Shown here one piece after another: positions 12,593 to 27,087 of a stretch of 64,000 nt of DNA. The position numbers and the translations under genes were made by a program. The notes beneath the pieces were generated by a model, which saw only the letters and a program-made list of their open reading frames with translations, did no database searches and had not been told where the DNA came from. The stretch is from Eledone cirrhosa (lineage: Eukaryota). Numbering within the stretch: the stretch's first letter is position 1; each line of letters starts with the position of its first letter. The stretch spans positions 6,510,001 through 6,574,000 of the forward strand of contig OZ024749.1 in assembly GCA_964016885.1 (NCBI GenBank), given 5' to 3'.

Positions 12593-13115
12593 ATAATTGT
12601 TTCTACTTTTGGCACAAGGCCAGCAAATTACCCAGTTCATTACTGGTACTTTATTTTGGTGCATGGCCTAGTGGTAAGGGTGTTGGACGTACGATCATAA
12701 TGTCATTCATTCAATTCCCTGGCTGGGTTCTGTGTTGTCTTCTTGAGCAAAACACTTCATTTAATGTTGCTCCAGTATACTCAGCTAAAAATGAGTACCA
12801 GCAATAGCTGGGGATTTAACTCTGCAATGGACTGGTATCCTGCCCATGGAGGAGTCTTGTACTCTCAGTCACTTAACAAAACTGGGATAAGCACTGGCCT
12901 AATGAGCCTTCTGGCTCAAGACAGACTTCAGACTTTTTTTTAGGTTTTTAGATAAATGTAAACCCTTTAAGAGGTAGTGAATTGGCAGTCATTAGAATGT
13001 TTTATGGTATTTGTTCCAGCTCTCTGTTCTCGGAGTTCAGATCCCACCAAGGTCAACTTTGTCTTTCATCATTTAAGGTCGATAAATAAAGTACCAGTCT
13101 AGTACTGGAGTCGAT
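12593..13115. mobile_element. Cluster of old SINE fragments (Meta-type minus, CORE-type plus, Meta-type plus)
   Basis: ggcacaaggccagc fragment; tggcctagtgg...ttgagcaaaacac; gtcaactttgtctttcatc...gataaataaagtaccag. Confidence 0.65.
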
Positions 13116-14432
13116 TCTTCATCTATATTTCTTTCTCATTTCCCCTCTCTCAGTTTCTATACTTCTCTGGAAGAAATCTGCTGAACTCAGGCCTGGAGAG
13201 AGATGAGCTCCACCAGGCTTGAACAATGCCCAAGAAACACCATATGTCAATACAGTGCCCGTGCAACTCTATCAGGAGTTACGGGAGAGAAAACACTTTA
13301 ACTTTTTTGTTACCATATTTCTAATAAATACACTGCCGATGAATTTCAAATAAATTAGAAAAATAATCAACAACTTGGAATGATTAATAATAATAATAAT
13401 AATAATAATAAACTGAGAGTTGAAACTTTTGTTCAAATATTAAATGTTCTAATTATTTGATCAATAGATCAGCTTGCTTGTGAAATTAACTTGTCTGGAG
13501 TTTCTTGAAGATGTGAGTGTGTTGAGTTGATATTTGATATGGAACTGTAGTGGTTTTATAATGCTGCTGATGTAACATTTGATACATTTGGTGCTTTGAT
13601 AAATGTAAGAACATAAGTACAATATAACAGTCATCATCGAAGTCAAAGATAAGAATACCAGCAATCTCAAAATAAAAGAATCTATAATAATAGCCACTGA
13701 AGCCCCAGAACAACAATAGAATGGAACTCAACATCCTGTGGCTTATATAGACTAACACATACATATACTGTACAACATTTCATTTAAAAGATGAGTCAAC
13801 AATATATTATATCACAACATAGCTTAAATCACGTCATGTGATCCATTCACCACATTTTGTGTTGAAAAGAAAAAGAAAATCATAAGTAATACTTCTAAAT
13901 TCCAAACCATAGCAGCTTAAAAGTGACAACAGCTCTCAACAATATTGCTATAATTTTAACATTTATGTCCAAATCTCACTGTGGTAGCTTTCAAGCAAAC
14001 ACACCATTATCCTAGTGTTTGGGGTGTACCCCAACAAAAGTTCTTACATAAAATTATTACAAGAAGTTTTTGGATAAATATAAATACTTCAAAATAAGAC
14101 ATTTTGGTATTATAGAACCAGGGACAGTTTCAGGAGGCTTGGCATCAAAAAGATTGATTTTATTGTTTCCATATTTCTAAATAAAAAAACTGCTTATGAT
14201 TTTCAGATGGTTTGTGAAAATAACCAAAATTTAGAAGAATTTACTAATAACATTTTCTATTAATTAATCTGATGTTTGAAGCATAATTTAACAATAACTT
14301 CCAGGGTTGACAAAATAAATAACCAGTGAAGTACTGATGTAGATTTAAGTAATTTAAGCCTCCTCCTCATTTCATATCTTCTGCCTATATTAGAAATAAT
14401 AATAATTATTATTATTGTTATTATTATTCATT

Positions 14433-15340
14433 ACTGGATTGGCAGTACTGTTAGGGAATCGGACGCCATGCTTTGCAGAATAGAGTTATGGTCCTTTACG
14501 GTCTGAGTTCAAATCCCGCTGAAGTTAACTTTGCCTTTCATCCTTACGGGGTCGATAAAATAAAGTACCAGTAATGTACTGGGTAATTGCTGGCCTTGTG
14601 CCAAAAGTAGAAACAATTATTATAGAGTTATGGCCCTTTATGTTCAGAGTACAAATCTTGGCAAGGTTAGCTTTGCCTTTCATAAGTACCAGTAATGCAC
14701 TGGGGTAATTGCTGGCCTTGTGCCAAAAGTAGAAATATTAATTATTATTATTGTTGTTATCATTTGTGGTGGATTGGCAGTATCAGTAGAATGTCAGACA
14801 CCATGCTTTCCAGCATAGAGTTACATCCCTTTACGGTCTGAATTCAAATCCCCACGAGGTTAACTTTGCCTTTCATCCTTATGAGGTTGATAAACTAAAG
14901 TACCAGTAATGTACTGGGTAATTGCTGGCCTTGTGCCAAAAGTAGAAATATTAATTTTATTTTTATCATTTGTGGTGGATTGGCAGTATTGGTAGAGGGT
15001 CGGACGCCATGCTTTCCAGCATAGTTACGTCCCTTTACGGTCTGAGTTCAAATCCCGCCGAGGTTGACTTTGCCTTTCATCCTTACGGGCTCGATAAAAT
15101 AAAGTACCAGTAATGTACTGGGTAATTGCTGGCCTTGTGCCTAAAAATAGAAACAATTATTATCTTTCAGGGCGGTGGATTGGCAGTATTGTTAGGGAAT
15201 CGGATGCCATGCTTTACAGCATAGAGTTACGTCCCTTTACAGTCTGAATTCAAATCCCACCGAGGTTAACTTTGCCTTTCATCCTGCACTGGGATAATTG
15301 CTGGCCTTGTGCCAAACGTAGAAACAATTATTATTATTAT
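14433..15340 (+). mobile_element. Head-to-tail tandem array of ~5 Meta-domain-like tRNA SINE copies
   Basis: Repeated ggattggcagta...gagttcaaatccc...gttaactttgcctttcatccttacggggtcgataaaataaagtaccag...ggccttgtgccaaaagtagaaacaattatt. The central motif resembles the MetaSINE domain as I recall it. Confidence 0.8.
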
Positions 15341-15569
15341 CTTTCATTTCTTTATGTCAGAGAGAATTATTACTATTACAAATATATAACATACTGTTGA
15401 AAGCCAGGGCTATTAACATTGAAAGACTGCACAGTTTAATGGCACTGTGTTATTTTATAACAAATTTAGCTGGAGATTGTTAGTCTTGTATGTGAGATGT
15501 TAGACCAAACAACAAACAAACCAACCAACTAACAAATAAATGCCATACCAATTCTTTTAAAATGAAACT

Positions 15570-15960
15570 TTTGAGTGTCTGAGAGAGAATGAGATCTTCA
15601 TATTTAATGCTGTCTTGATATTTATCAAATCTTTCAACAGTGTCTAAATATTTGGTTATGTTTATCGATTTGAGTTCTCTCAGTGACAAATTATTGTCAG
15701 AATGTGTTTTGTTGATGCTTGAAACTCTGTGTTAATGTTGATTGGAACACTTTGCAAAGCGTGTATGGTTTTGACATATTAATACATAATTGTCTTCTAT
15801 GGCTGTTGAAGTCTTCTTACCCTGCTGTTATGTTTATAATAAACAGAACTATTTCTTTCAGTATTGAAGGGAGAAAAACCAAGTAGTGTTTACATTTGCC
15901 ACCCACCCTCCTGTTTCCATTATCATAGAAACTCTTCTGTGTCGCATCAAACGGTCATAC
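15570..15960 (-). mobile_element. Very old RTE AP-endonuclease C-terminal remnant
   Basis: Minus frames give NTTWF...NYVLI...RF...HSDNNL, like the APE motifs NTWF...IDYILI...SDH. Confidence 0.35.
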
Positions 15961-15996
15961 ATTTCGTGGAAGTTGATTAGATATTACATTGATCTA

Positions 15997-16760
15997 ACAC
16001 CCCCACCACCACCATCACCCCGCCACCACTGCCATCACCACCACCACCATCACCACCACCACCACCACCACCGTGACCCCGCCACCGCCATGACACCACC
16101 ACCACCACCTCCATCACCCCACAACCACGACCACACCGCCAACACGACCACCACCATCACCAAAAACCAGCACCACCATCACCCCACCGCCACTGCCACC
16201 ACCACCACCGCCGCCATCAGCCCACCACCGCTACCACCACCGTGACCCTGCCACCGCCATGACACCACCACCACCTCCATCACCCCCACCACCACGACCA
16301 CAAACACGACCACCACCATCACCAAAAACCACCACCACCATCACCCCACCGCCACCATCACCCCGCCATCACCCCACCACCACCACCACCACCGTAACCC
16401 CGCCACCGCCATGACACCACCACCTCCATCACCCCCACTACCACGACCACAAACACGACCACCACCATCACCAAAAACCACCACCACCATCTCTCCACCG
16501 CCACCACCACCACCACCGCCACCACCATCACCCCACCACCACCAAAAACCAGCACCTCCATTACCCCCACCACTACGACCACACCACCAACACGACAACA
16601 ACCATCACCAAAAACCAGCACCACCATCACCCCACCGCCACCATAACCCCACCACCGCCATCACCCTGCCATCACCACACCACCACCACCACCACCACGG
16701 TGACCCCGCCACCGCCATGACACCACCACCACCACCGCCATCACCCCACCACCCCACCTA
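15997..16760. repeat. (CAC/CCA)-derived compound low-complexity repeat with longer internal duplications
   Basis: Recurring gccaccgccatgacaccaccaccacctccatcacccc blocks. Confidence 0.9.
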
Positions 16761-16867
16761 CACAGTACCTGATGTTATTGACCTAGGAAGTTGACATTGG
16801 CATGAACTGAACCCAGGGTTGTATGCCATGAGATGCTCTAACAATGTTGCCAATCCTCTGTTATAAT

Positions 16868-17177
16868 ACTGATTTCTATTATAGGCACAAGGCCAGCAAT
16901 TATCCCAGTACATTACTGGTACTTCATTTTATCGACCCCGTAAGGATTAAAAGGCAAAGTTAACGCATACCGCAAAGGGCCGCAACTCTGTGCTGCAAAG
17001 CATGCTGTCCGAGCCTCTACCGACACTGCCCGTAATAATAATAATAATAATAATAATGATTTCTATCATAGGCACAAGGCCAGTAATTATGGGGGGAGGG
17101 GAAAGCCGATTAAATCCACCCCAGTACATTACTGGTACTTTATTTTATCAACCCGGTAAGGATGAAAGGCAAAGTTA
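16868..17177 (-). mobile_element. Two Meta-type SINE copies
   Basis: Reverse complement of the 14433-15340 unit. Confidence 0.75.
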
Positions 17178-17401
17178 TAATAATAACTAGCTGGCCCTGG
17201 GCCATCAATAATCACATCTAAAGGGTAGTTGTGTATTTATATGTGGTTTATCGACGATGAGTAGTTGATAGGTCACATTGATCTAAGCTGGATTTGAATT
17301 CCTTTCAATACAGCAAGCCTCATAAACCTAAACAAAACCAAAACACCATCGCATTCTTAATCTGATGTTCACTGATTCTGTCAATTTGTCACATTAATGA
17401 T

Positions 17402-17785
17402 ACATGGCTTAGTGGTTAGAGCATTGGCCTTGCAATTGAAAGGCTGTGAGTTCAATTCTCAGACCGGGTGATGTGTTGTTTCCTTGAGCAAGACACTTTA
17501 TTTCACATTGCTCCAGTTTACTCAGCTGTAGAAGTGAGATGATAGGGACTAGGGTGCCTATCATTCCACTAGAAAGTGGTCGTGGAGGCGCCACGGCAAA
17601 AAAGCACCCAGGCCACACTGTAAAGTGGAGGTGTAGGCGCCATGGAAATAAAAAGCACCCAGCACTCACTGTAAATGAGGTTGGTGTTAGGAAGGGCATC
17701 CAGCTGTAGAAATCAAGCCAGAATCAGTTCCTGTCCCACCCTTGCAAGCAGGGAAAAGCGGACGTAAAATGGTGATGATGATGAT
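17402..17785 (+). mobile_element. CORE-SINE family A (two copies of the 48-bp module)
   Basis: A/B boxes, CORE, RTE-B tail, (gat)n. Confidence 0.85.
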
Positions 17786-17799
17786 GTACCTACTCTAAA

Positions 17800-18340
17800 C
17801 CAGATACACACAGATAATATGGAAGATCAGACACACACAGATAATATGGAAGATCACACACACAGAGATAATATGGAAGATCAGACACACAGAGATAATA
17901 CGGAAGATCAGACACACACATAATATGGAAGATCACACACACACAGATAATATGGAAGATCAGACACACACACATAATATGGAAGATCACACACACAGAG
18001 ATAATATGGAAGATCAGACACACAGAGATAATATGGAAGATCACACACACACAGATAATATGGAAGATCAGACACACACAGAGATAATATGGAAGATCAC
18101 ACACACACAGATAATATGGAAGATCAAAATCACACAGAGATAATATGGAAGATCAGACACAAAGAGATAATATGGAAGATCAGACACACACATATGGAAG
18201 ATCACACACACACAGATAATATTGAAGATCAGACACACAGAGATAATATGGAAGATCAGACACACACATAATATGGAAGATCAGACACAAACAGATAATA
18301 TGGAAGATCGGACACACACAGATAATACGGAAGATCACAT
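17800..18340. repeat. ~27-bp minisatellite, ~20 copies
   Basis: Unit gataatatggaagatcagacacacaca. Confidence 0.93.
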
Positions 18341-18617
18341 ATAAAGGTGGTGGTGGTGGTGGTGGCGGGAACAAACAAACAAAAAATAACATATAAATAA
18401 CACTAAACTATAAAAACAACCACCACAACAACAAGAAAACATTGCTCATGAATTGAGAAAGTTATTAAAGTGTTATAATAACATTCGAGAAGATTCAACC
18501 GTTTATTTCCTGGTTGGGAATCCTCAGAAGAATTTACCAAATCTTCCACTGAAAAATCTCATTTCAGGTCTATTATTATGTTATATTACAGCATTAACCT
18601 ATAATTAACATATACTG

Positions 18618-20717
18618 CACCACCACACCACTACACCACCACCACGCCACACCACACTAGTACCATATCACACTACTACACCACCACACCACTACACCAC
18701 CACTACACCGCACCACACTAGTACCATATCACACCACTACACCACCACACCACTACACCACTACACCACCCCAACACAACTACCATATCACACTACTACA
18801 CCACTACACCACCACACCACACTACTACCATATCACACTACTACACCACTACACCACCACACCACACTACCACACCACTACACCACACCACACCACACTA
18901 CTACCATATCACACTACTACACCACTACACCACCACACCACACTACCACACCACACCACACTACTACCATATCACACTACTACACCACTACACCACCACA
19001 CCACACTACCACACCACTACACCACACTAGTACCATATCACACTACTACACCACTACACCACTACACCACACTACTACACCACTACACCACACTACTACA
19101 CCACTACACCACCACACCACACTACCACACCACTACACCACACCACACCACACTACTACCATATCACACTACTTCACCACTACACCACCACACCACACTA
19201 CCACACCACTACACCACCACCACCTCAACACAACTACCATATCACACTACTACACCACTACACCACCACACCACACTACCACACCACTACACCACACTAC
19301 TACCATATCACACTACTACACTACTACACCACTACACCACCACACCACCACCACACCACTACACTACTACACCACACAACTACCATATCACACTACTACA
19401 CCACTACACCACTACACCACACTACTACCACTACACCACCACACCACACTACTACCATATCACACTACTACACCACTACACCACCACACCACCACCACAC
19501 CACCACACCACTACACCACACTACTACCACTACACCACCACACCACACTACTACCATATCACACTACTACACCACTACACCACCACACCACCACCACACC
19601 ACCACACCACACTACTACCATATCACACTACTACACCACTACACCACTACACCACACTACTACACCACCACCACACCACTACCCTACCATATCACACTAC
19701 TACACCACCACCACACCACTACACCACTACCACACCTCCACAACACTGCTACCATATCATACCACTACACCACTACCACACCACCACCACACCACTACAC
19801 CACCACCACCACCACACCACTACCATATTATACACCCACACCACCACCACACCATCACCACACCACTACACCACCACCACTACACCACCACCACTACACT
19901 ACCACCACACCACTACACCACCACCACCACACCACTACACCACCACCACACCACTTCACCACCACCACACCACTAACATATTATACACCCACACCACCAC
20001 CACACCATCACCATCACCAAACCACCACCACTACACCACCACCCCTACACTACACCACCACCACACCACTTCACCCCACCACTACACCACCACCACCACA
20101 CCACTACCATATCACACCACCACCACCACCATAAGTATCACCACACCACCACACAACCATCACCATCACCACACCACACCACCATCATCATCACCACACC
20201 ACACACCCATCAGCATCACCACACCCCCCCCCCATCAGCATCACCACACCACCATCACCACACCACCGCCACCACCTCACCCCCCCCCCCCCACCACACC
20301 ACCGCCGCCATCACCCCCCCCCCCACACCACCACCACACCGACACCACCGCACCACCACCACACCGCCACCACACCACCACCACCACCACCACCACACCA
20401 CACCACCACCACCACCACCACCACCGCCACAGTCTGTAACACAACATGTCCTGTGTTACAATCTAAAATTTGGATTTTTACAAATTGATTTCCAGGTTTA
20501 TATATATATATGTATATGCACACTTACATATATCTATACACACACATACACGCATGCATATGTATGTATACACACAAACACACATGCATATGTATACATA
20601 CACATGCATTTGTATATATGCATATACACACACACACACCCACACACATATATATATACATACACACACACATATATATATATACATATATATTTATACA
20701 CACACACACTCACACAC

Positions 20718-20763
<46 letters not shown>

Positions 20764-20884
20764 CATACACACATATATATGCACATATATACATACACAT
20801 ATATATACAGACACTCACACACACATATATATATATGCATACACATATATATGCACATAAATACATATATATTTATACACACAC

Positions 20885-20918
<34 letters not shown>

Positions 20919-21146
20919 ACATATATATATATATACATACACATATATATGCACATATATTCATATACATATATATTTATATACACACTCACACACACAC
21001 ACATATATATATATATACATACACACATATATATGCACATATATACATATATATTTATACACACACTCACACACACACATATATATATATATATACACAT
21101 ACACACATATATAGGCATACATATATACATATACATATATATTTAT

Positions 21147-21183
<37 letters not shown>

Positions 21184-21327
21184 CATAAACACATATATAT
21201 GCACATATATACATAAAGATATCTATTTATACACACACACTAACACACACATATATATATATATACAATTACACATATATATACACATATATACATATAC
21301 ATATACATTTATACACACACACACACA

Positions 21328-21365
<38 letters not shown>

Positions 21366-21590
21366 CACATATATATATGCACATATATACATATACATAT
21401 ATACACACTCACGCATATGTATATATATATTACAGTTCCCGTCCAACCCTTGCAAGCAGGGAAAAGTGGACGTAAAATGAAATGAAATGATACATACACA
21501 CATATATATATGCACATATATACATATACATATACATTTATACACACACACACACATATGCATATATATATATATATATGTATACGCACA
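18618..21590. repeat. (CACCA/CACTA)n low-complexity block followed by (TA/CA)n microsatellite field
   Basis: Higher-order unit taccatatcacactactacaccac at about 18660-19770. A 55-bp RTE-B/SINE tail sits at 21432-21490. Confidence 0.9.
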
Positions 21591-22058
21591 CATCTATAAT
21601 GAAAGCTATTCCTATTTAGATGTCTCTTTAGAGGTTTAAAATCGAAATGAAATAAAAAAAATTAAAAACAAATAATTAAAAAAATGTAAAAATGTATCTA
21701 ATGTTCTATTTCATATGATATGAATTTGTTACCACAAAAACAACAAAAAAAAAAAAGGAATAGACAAAAACTAAAAATAAAATGTCTTCAGTTGCTTTGG
21801 GTTGGTGAAGGTAATTTGTTGGTTAAAAAAGCCCACCAGTAAAAAAAAAATTATGTTATTTTTTTTAAAGATTTAGAATTGACCCTCGAAAATGGAGCTC
21901 TGAGTTTACATCGCGATGTGATAAAATTGTAAATTAGAAACTTGTAATTAGAGAACAGCACAGCATGGTTTGAAAGTTTATATGTCTATATTTAACTCCC
22001 TACAGAACACATACTACTCATCTGCATTTTGAGTTTATTAACTATATATATATATATA

Positions 22059-22255
22059 TAGGAAAAAGTATGACCCCGATGGCAGAGCTCAAGCCATTTC
22101 GACTGGCTATTTCTGGACTGAAATAGCCGTCGAAAGGGCCTGAGCTCTGCCGTCGGAGACATACTTTTTCCTATTTCCCACTCTACTACCCTAAGTATTG
22201 AGTACTATGGTGTGTTATGGTCCATCTAGTTCCTTACCACAATTCCTTTGTTATA
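22059..22255. mobile_element. Short PLE-terminus fragment with 5' fold-back, inside (TA)n
   Basis: Hairpin 22059-22173 with ~54-bp arms. Homologous to 34330-34470, which abuts GIY-YIG coding remnants. Confidence 0.6.
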
Positions 22256-22262
22256 TATATAT

Positions 22263-22263
<1 letters not shown>

Positions 22264-22296
<33 letters not shown>

Positions 22297-23222
22297 GGTT
22301 TAGCGTCCGTGTTCCACGCTTGCATGGGTTTGGACGGGGGTTTTCCCACTTGAGGCAAGAGTGGTTGTCTTGCTCGCATAGGACTGTCTGGCGGGTTTTC
22401 TACAGTTGGATGCCCTTCCTAACACCAACCACATTTACAGTGTGGGGCTGGGAGATTTTTACCGTGTTGCCTACACGGCCACATTACAGCGTGGACTGTC
22501 TGGCGGGTTTTCTACAGCTGGATGCCCTTCCTAACACCAACCACATTTACAGTGTGGGGCTGGGAGGTTTTTACCGTGTTGCCTACACGGCCACATTTAC
22601 AGCGTGGACTGTGTGTTTTTTGTCGTGACACCTACACGATCTCATTTGTTTCGGCCTGGATGTTGTGGGACCAACATAACTTTACATTGAAAGGGGCGGT
22701 GTGGGTGGGGTGGAGGTGGTGGGACGGGGGTGTGTTTTGATAGAGATGCCTACTGACTGTAGTAGGTTTTTACTTTGTATTTAGGTAAGGCGGGTCTTCT
22801 CTATTACTGAGTACCGCCAAAGGTCTCGGTCCAGTGACATTGTCTTGGAGAGGTGTAAGCGTGTGAGGTCGGAATTTATCAGCTCGTCCCATGTTTTTCT
22901 GGGTCTGCCTACTCCGTGGCTACCGTCTATCTTTATTGCCCTGCACTTTGTTATACAGCTGTCGTCTTTCATGCGCATCACGTGACCGTACCAACGTAGC
23001 CTTCTCTCGAGTAAACAACATCTGATCCCTCTTATTTCTAATTTTTTCCTTAGTTCGTTTATGCTTTGCCGTTCACGTATATTACTATTGCACATCCAGC
23101 GGAGCATGCAAGCTTCATTCCTCTCTAGTCTGCGTATATCCTCTGCACACAATGCCCAGGTCTCACTGCCATGCAGCATTGCTGTTCGTATGCAGGCATC
23201 GTATAACCTGCCTTTCATTTTT
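22264..23222 (-). mobile_element. RTE LINE 3' fragment with 3' UTR and (gat)n tail
   Basis: KMKGRLYDACIRTAMLHGSETW...RRLRWYGHVMRM...GRPRKTW...DRDLWR. Confidence 0.92.
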
Positions 23223-23464
23223 AAGATATATATATATATATAAGATATATATATATATATATATATCTTAATAATCCATATGATAAAACACAAGAATCAA
23301 GTTTCAAATGCTGTGTGCTAGATTTGTCTGGGAAATGGTAGTTTGATATCTTCTTTCGTAACTCTCACTCATGCTCAGTGTTGACAAGATAGTCAGTGGT
23401 AGAACAACATATCTATATTTATATATATATAAGATGGACCTTAAACTATGAGGATGATGATGAT

Positions 23465-23514
<50 letters not shown>

Positions 23515-24405
23515 ATCATCATACTCATAGTTTAATATCCATCTTCCACACTAGCACGGTTTGGACGGGTTTGTCCCACTTGAGGCAAGATTGGTCAGGT
23601 GACTGTGTCTTGCTCATACAGAACTGTTTCTGGCAGGTTTTCTACGGATGGGTGTCCTTCCTAACACCAACCACATTTACAGTGAGGACTGGGAGCCTTC
23701 TTACTGTGTCTCCTACATGACCACCTTACAGTGTGGACTGGGAGCCTTCTTACTGTGTCTCCCACATGATCACATTACAGTGTGGACTGGAAGCCTTCTT
23801 ACTGTGTCTCCCACATGACCACCTTTCAGTGTGGACTGGGAGCCTTCTTATTGTGTCTCCTACATGATCACCTTACAGTGTAGACTGGGAGCCTTCTTAC
23901 TGTGTCTCCCACATGACCACCTTACAGTGTGGACTGGGAGCCTTCTTACTGTGTCTCCTACATGATCACCTTACAGTGTAGACTGGGAGCCTTCTTACTG
24001 TGTCTCCCACATGACCACCTTTCAGTGTGGACTGGGAGCCTTCTTACTGTGTCTCCCACATGACCACCTTTCAGTGTGGACTGGGAGCCTTCTTACTGTG
24101 TCTCCTACATGACCACCTTACAGTGTGGACTGGGAGCCTTCTTACTGTGTCTCCTACATGATCACCTTACAGTGTGGACTGGGAGCCTTCTTACTGTGTC
24201 TCCTACATGATCACCTTACAGTGTGGACTGGAAGCCTTCTTACTGTGTCTCCTACATGACCACCTTACAGTTTGGACTGGGAGCCTTCTTACTGTGTCTC
24301 CCACATGACCACCTTAGTGTGGACTGGGAGCCTTCTTACTGTCTCCTATATGACCACCTTACAGTGTGGACTGGGAGCCTTTTTACCATGTCTCCCACAT
24401 GACCA
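23515..24405 (-). repeat. RTE/SINE 3' UTR with ~15x expansion of the 48-bp module
   Basis: Unit (plus strand) cagtgtggactgggagccttcttactgtgtctcccacatgaccacctta at 23680-24405. Confidence 0.85.
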
Positions 24406-24409
24406 CACC

Positions 24410-25530
24410 TTACGAGGACTAAGGTTCTTGTAAGTAGATGAGAAAACATAACCCAGATCCCCTCAGGGAAATGGCCTTGCTCAGTATGTAGGAAAGGTGT
24501 AGGTAGGAACTCCATCATCTGCCCCAAATGCAAACAATGGGTACACAAGAGATGTAGTGGGATCTCAGGACAGTTAACTAAGAATGTAGGCTTCACATGT
24601 AGCAGCTGCACTGGGACAGCAAGCAGCAAACGACCACAGAAAACAAGCACCACCAAACTCTGGGAGGCTCTGTAGAAACAGTAGACAGCTTCTGCTACCT
24701 AGGTGACCGAATTAGTAGCAGAGGTGGGTGTTCGGAAAGTACAATAACTAGGGTAAGAACAGGATGGAAGAAGTTCAGGGAGCTACTGCCATTGCTAGCT
24801 GCAACAGGCTTTTCCCTCAAAATGAAAGACAGACTGTATGATGCATGTATAGGAACAGCAATGTTACATGGTAGTGAGACCTGGCCGCTCTCTGTAGAAG
24901 ACTTGCACAGAATAGAAAGAAACAAAGCTTGAATGCTCCGATGGATGTGTAATAGTAATATATGCGAACGGCAAAGCATAAACAAATTGAGAGAGACTAG
25001 GCATAAGAGGAATCAAATGCTGTGTGCAGGAGAGGAAGTTACATTTGTAAGGACATGTGATGCGTATGAAGGATGACAGCTGCATAAAAAGGTGCAGAGC
25101 ATTAGAAGTCGATGGAAGCTGCTGAGTGGGGAGACCCAAGAAGACCTGGGATGAGATGATAAAGGCTGACCTTACCCAATTGCACCTCTCAAGGGCAATG
25201 ACACACGACTGTGACCTCTGGTGTCATGCAGTAATACAGAAGACGCTACCTGCCACAGGAACAAGCCAAAGTTCAACCATATAGACAATATGCCCCCCAC
25301 CCCAACTGTAAAATGGTCGCGTAGGCGCCACGGAAAAAGAAGCACCCAGCACTCACTGTAAATGAGGTTGGTGTTAGGAAGGGCATCCAGCTGTAGAAAT
25401 CAAGCCAGAATCAGTTCCCATATGAGCAAGACAAGGTCAGCCGACTGGACACTGCCCACAACAGGACAACCCGTCTAACCCATGCTAGCGTGGAAGAACG
25501 GATGTAAAATGGTGATGATGATGTTGATGA
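24410..25530 (+). mobile_element. Decayed RTE LINE (family A), 5'-truncated
   Basis: Closely parallels 59130-60280 with stops and frameshifts. Includes the PHD insert and 3' UTR. Confidence 0.9.
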
Positions 25531-25874
25531 TATAATAGTAGAACACTGGGGGGTTATATCCGGAGTAGTAGAGCACTCACTCCATGGAACGAGTTTGATA
25601 GAAGTAGTTCCACAACAGTTAGTTCACCATTTTCAAGAACAATTGTTTCACCCTATTCGTAAATATATATATATAATTCTTTTAAAAAATCTGTACATTA
25701 TGAGTGGATATATATATGTGTTAATGGATGTATTTTGTAATTAATGGAGGTAAACATTAATGTGGTAAACTTAATAACTTGTGAGTGGGCTTCAGTATAT
25801 TTGCAAGCATAAGCAGAATATGACAATGGCAGATAATGATAATAACAATAATAATAAGACAGTAAGTAATAACA

Positions 25875-26025
25875 GGGGGCACAGGCTCTCCTATCCTGAC
25901 GTCATCTCGAGAGATTCTGGTATTGAAATACAGGACTTGGTAACGGCAATGAACGGCAGATCCACGTGGAGATGAATTGTTGAGTCAATTCCGGCTGAGG
26001 CCACCAGATGGTGATGATGATGTTG
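25875..26025 (+). mobile_element. Short 3' end of another RTE-type LINE
   Basis: GHRLSYPDVISRDSGIEIQDLVTAMNGRSTWR, then (gat)n. Confidence 0.6.
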
Positions 26026-26035
26026 ATATATATAT

Positions 26036-27087
26036 CAGTCCTCAGCCCGCTCTTGTTCATTATAGTCCTACAAGCCATAACAGAGGAGTTTAAGACTGGC
26101 TGCCCATGGGAACTTCTCTATGCTGACGATCTGGTTCTTATAGCAGAATCAGTAGAGAAGCTAGAGAATAAATTCTGGCTATGGAAATAGTAGTTGTAAT
26201 CAAGAGGACTGAGAGTGAATCTAGCTAAGACAAAAGTGTTGATGAGTAGAGAAGAGGACAAAACTCTGATTCCGTCAGGGAAATGGCCATGTTCGATATG
26301 CAGAAAAGGAACTGGCATAAATTCTATAAAATGTACAAATGCAGATCCTGGGTACACAAGAGATGTAGTGGGATAGCAGGCAAACTAACAGGTAGGGAAA
26401 AATGCATATGCAGTAGAGATACAGGTAAAGTTGACAGTAGAAGTCGCAGTGATAGACACATTTTTCAAATGCAGGTAGGTTCTATAGAAGTGGTTGATAG
26501 CTTCCGGTACCTAGGTGATCAGATTAGTAAGGGAGGAGCCTGTTCCGAGGTCATAGTATCTAGAATAAGGACGGGCTGGAAGAAGTTTAGGGAGCTGCTT
26601 CCTCTGTTGAAAAAGAAGGGTTTCTCCCTGCGTACGAAAGGCTGGTTATATGATGCCTGTGTGAAATGTACAATGCTGCATGGTAGTGAAACATGGGCAG
26701 CAACTGCAGAGGATATTCGACGGCTGGAGAGAAATGAAGCAAGCATGCTCTGTTGTATGTGCATAGATGAGTTGAGAGAGAAACTATGTATAAGATGGAT
26801 AAGTTGTAGTGTGCGGGAGAGAGGACTGCGATGCTATGGACATGTGATGCATGGAGGATGACCGCTGGGTAAAGAAGTGCCAAGAAATCCCAGTAGAAGG
26901 AAGATGCAATAGAAGAAGACCACGAAAAACATGGGTGGAGGTAGTGAGAGCAGACCTCAGATCACTGAAGCTCACAGAGGAGATGATGATGGACCGTGAC
27001 GAGTGGAGAGATGCTGTGCTGAATAGGACCCGTCCCACCCTTGCAAGCAGGGAAAAGTGGACGTAAAATGATGATGATGATGATGAT
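26036..27087 (+). mobile_element. Decayed RTE LINE (family B), 5'-truncated
   Basis: VLSPLLF...WELLYADDL, decayed PHD insert, HGSETW, RPRKTW, DRDEWR. The ORF runs directly into the cccgtcccacccttgcaagcagggaaaagtggacgtaaaa(tga)n tail. Short tails of the same family at 48900-48990 and 55305-55390. Confidence 0.9.

Noticed and set aside
13461-13764. Short hydrophobic minus-strand ORFs in unique sequence
   Set aside because: No recognisable motif or splice signals, and the two identified exons join without needing an intervening exon.
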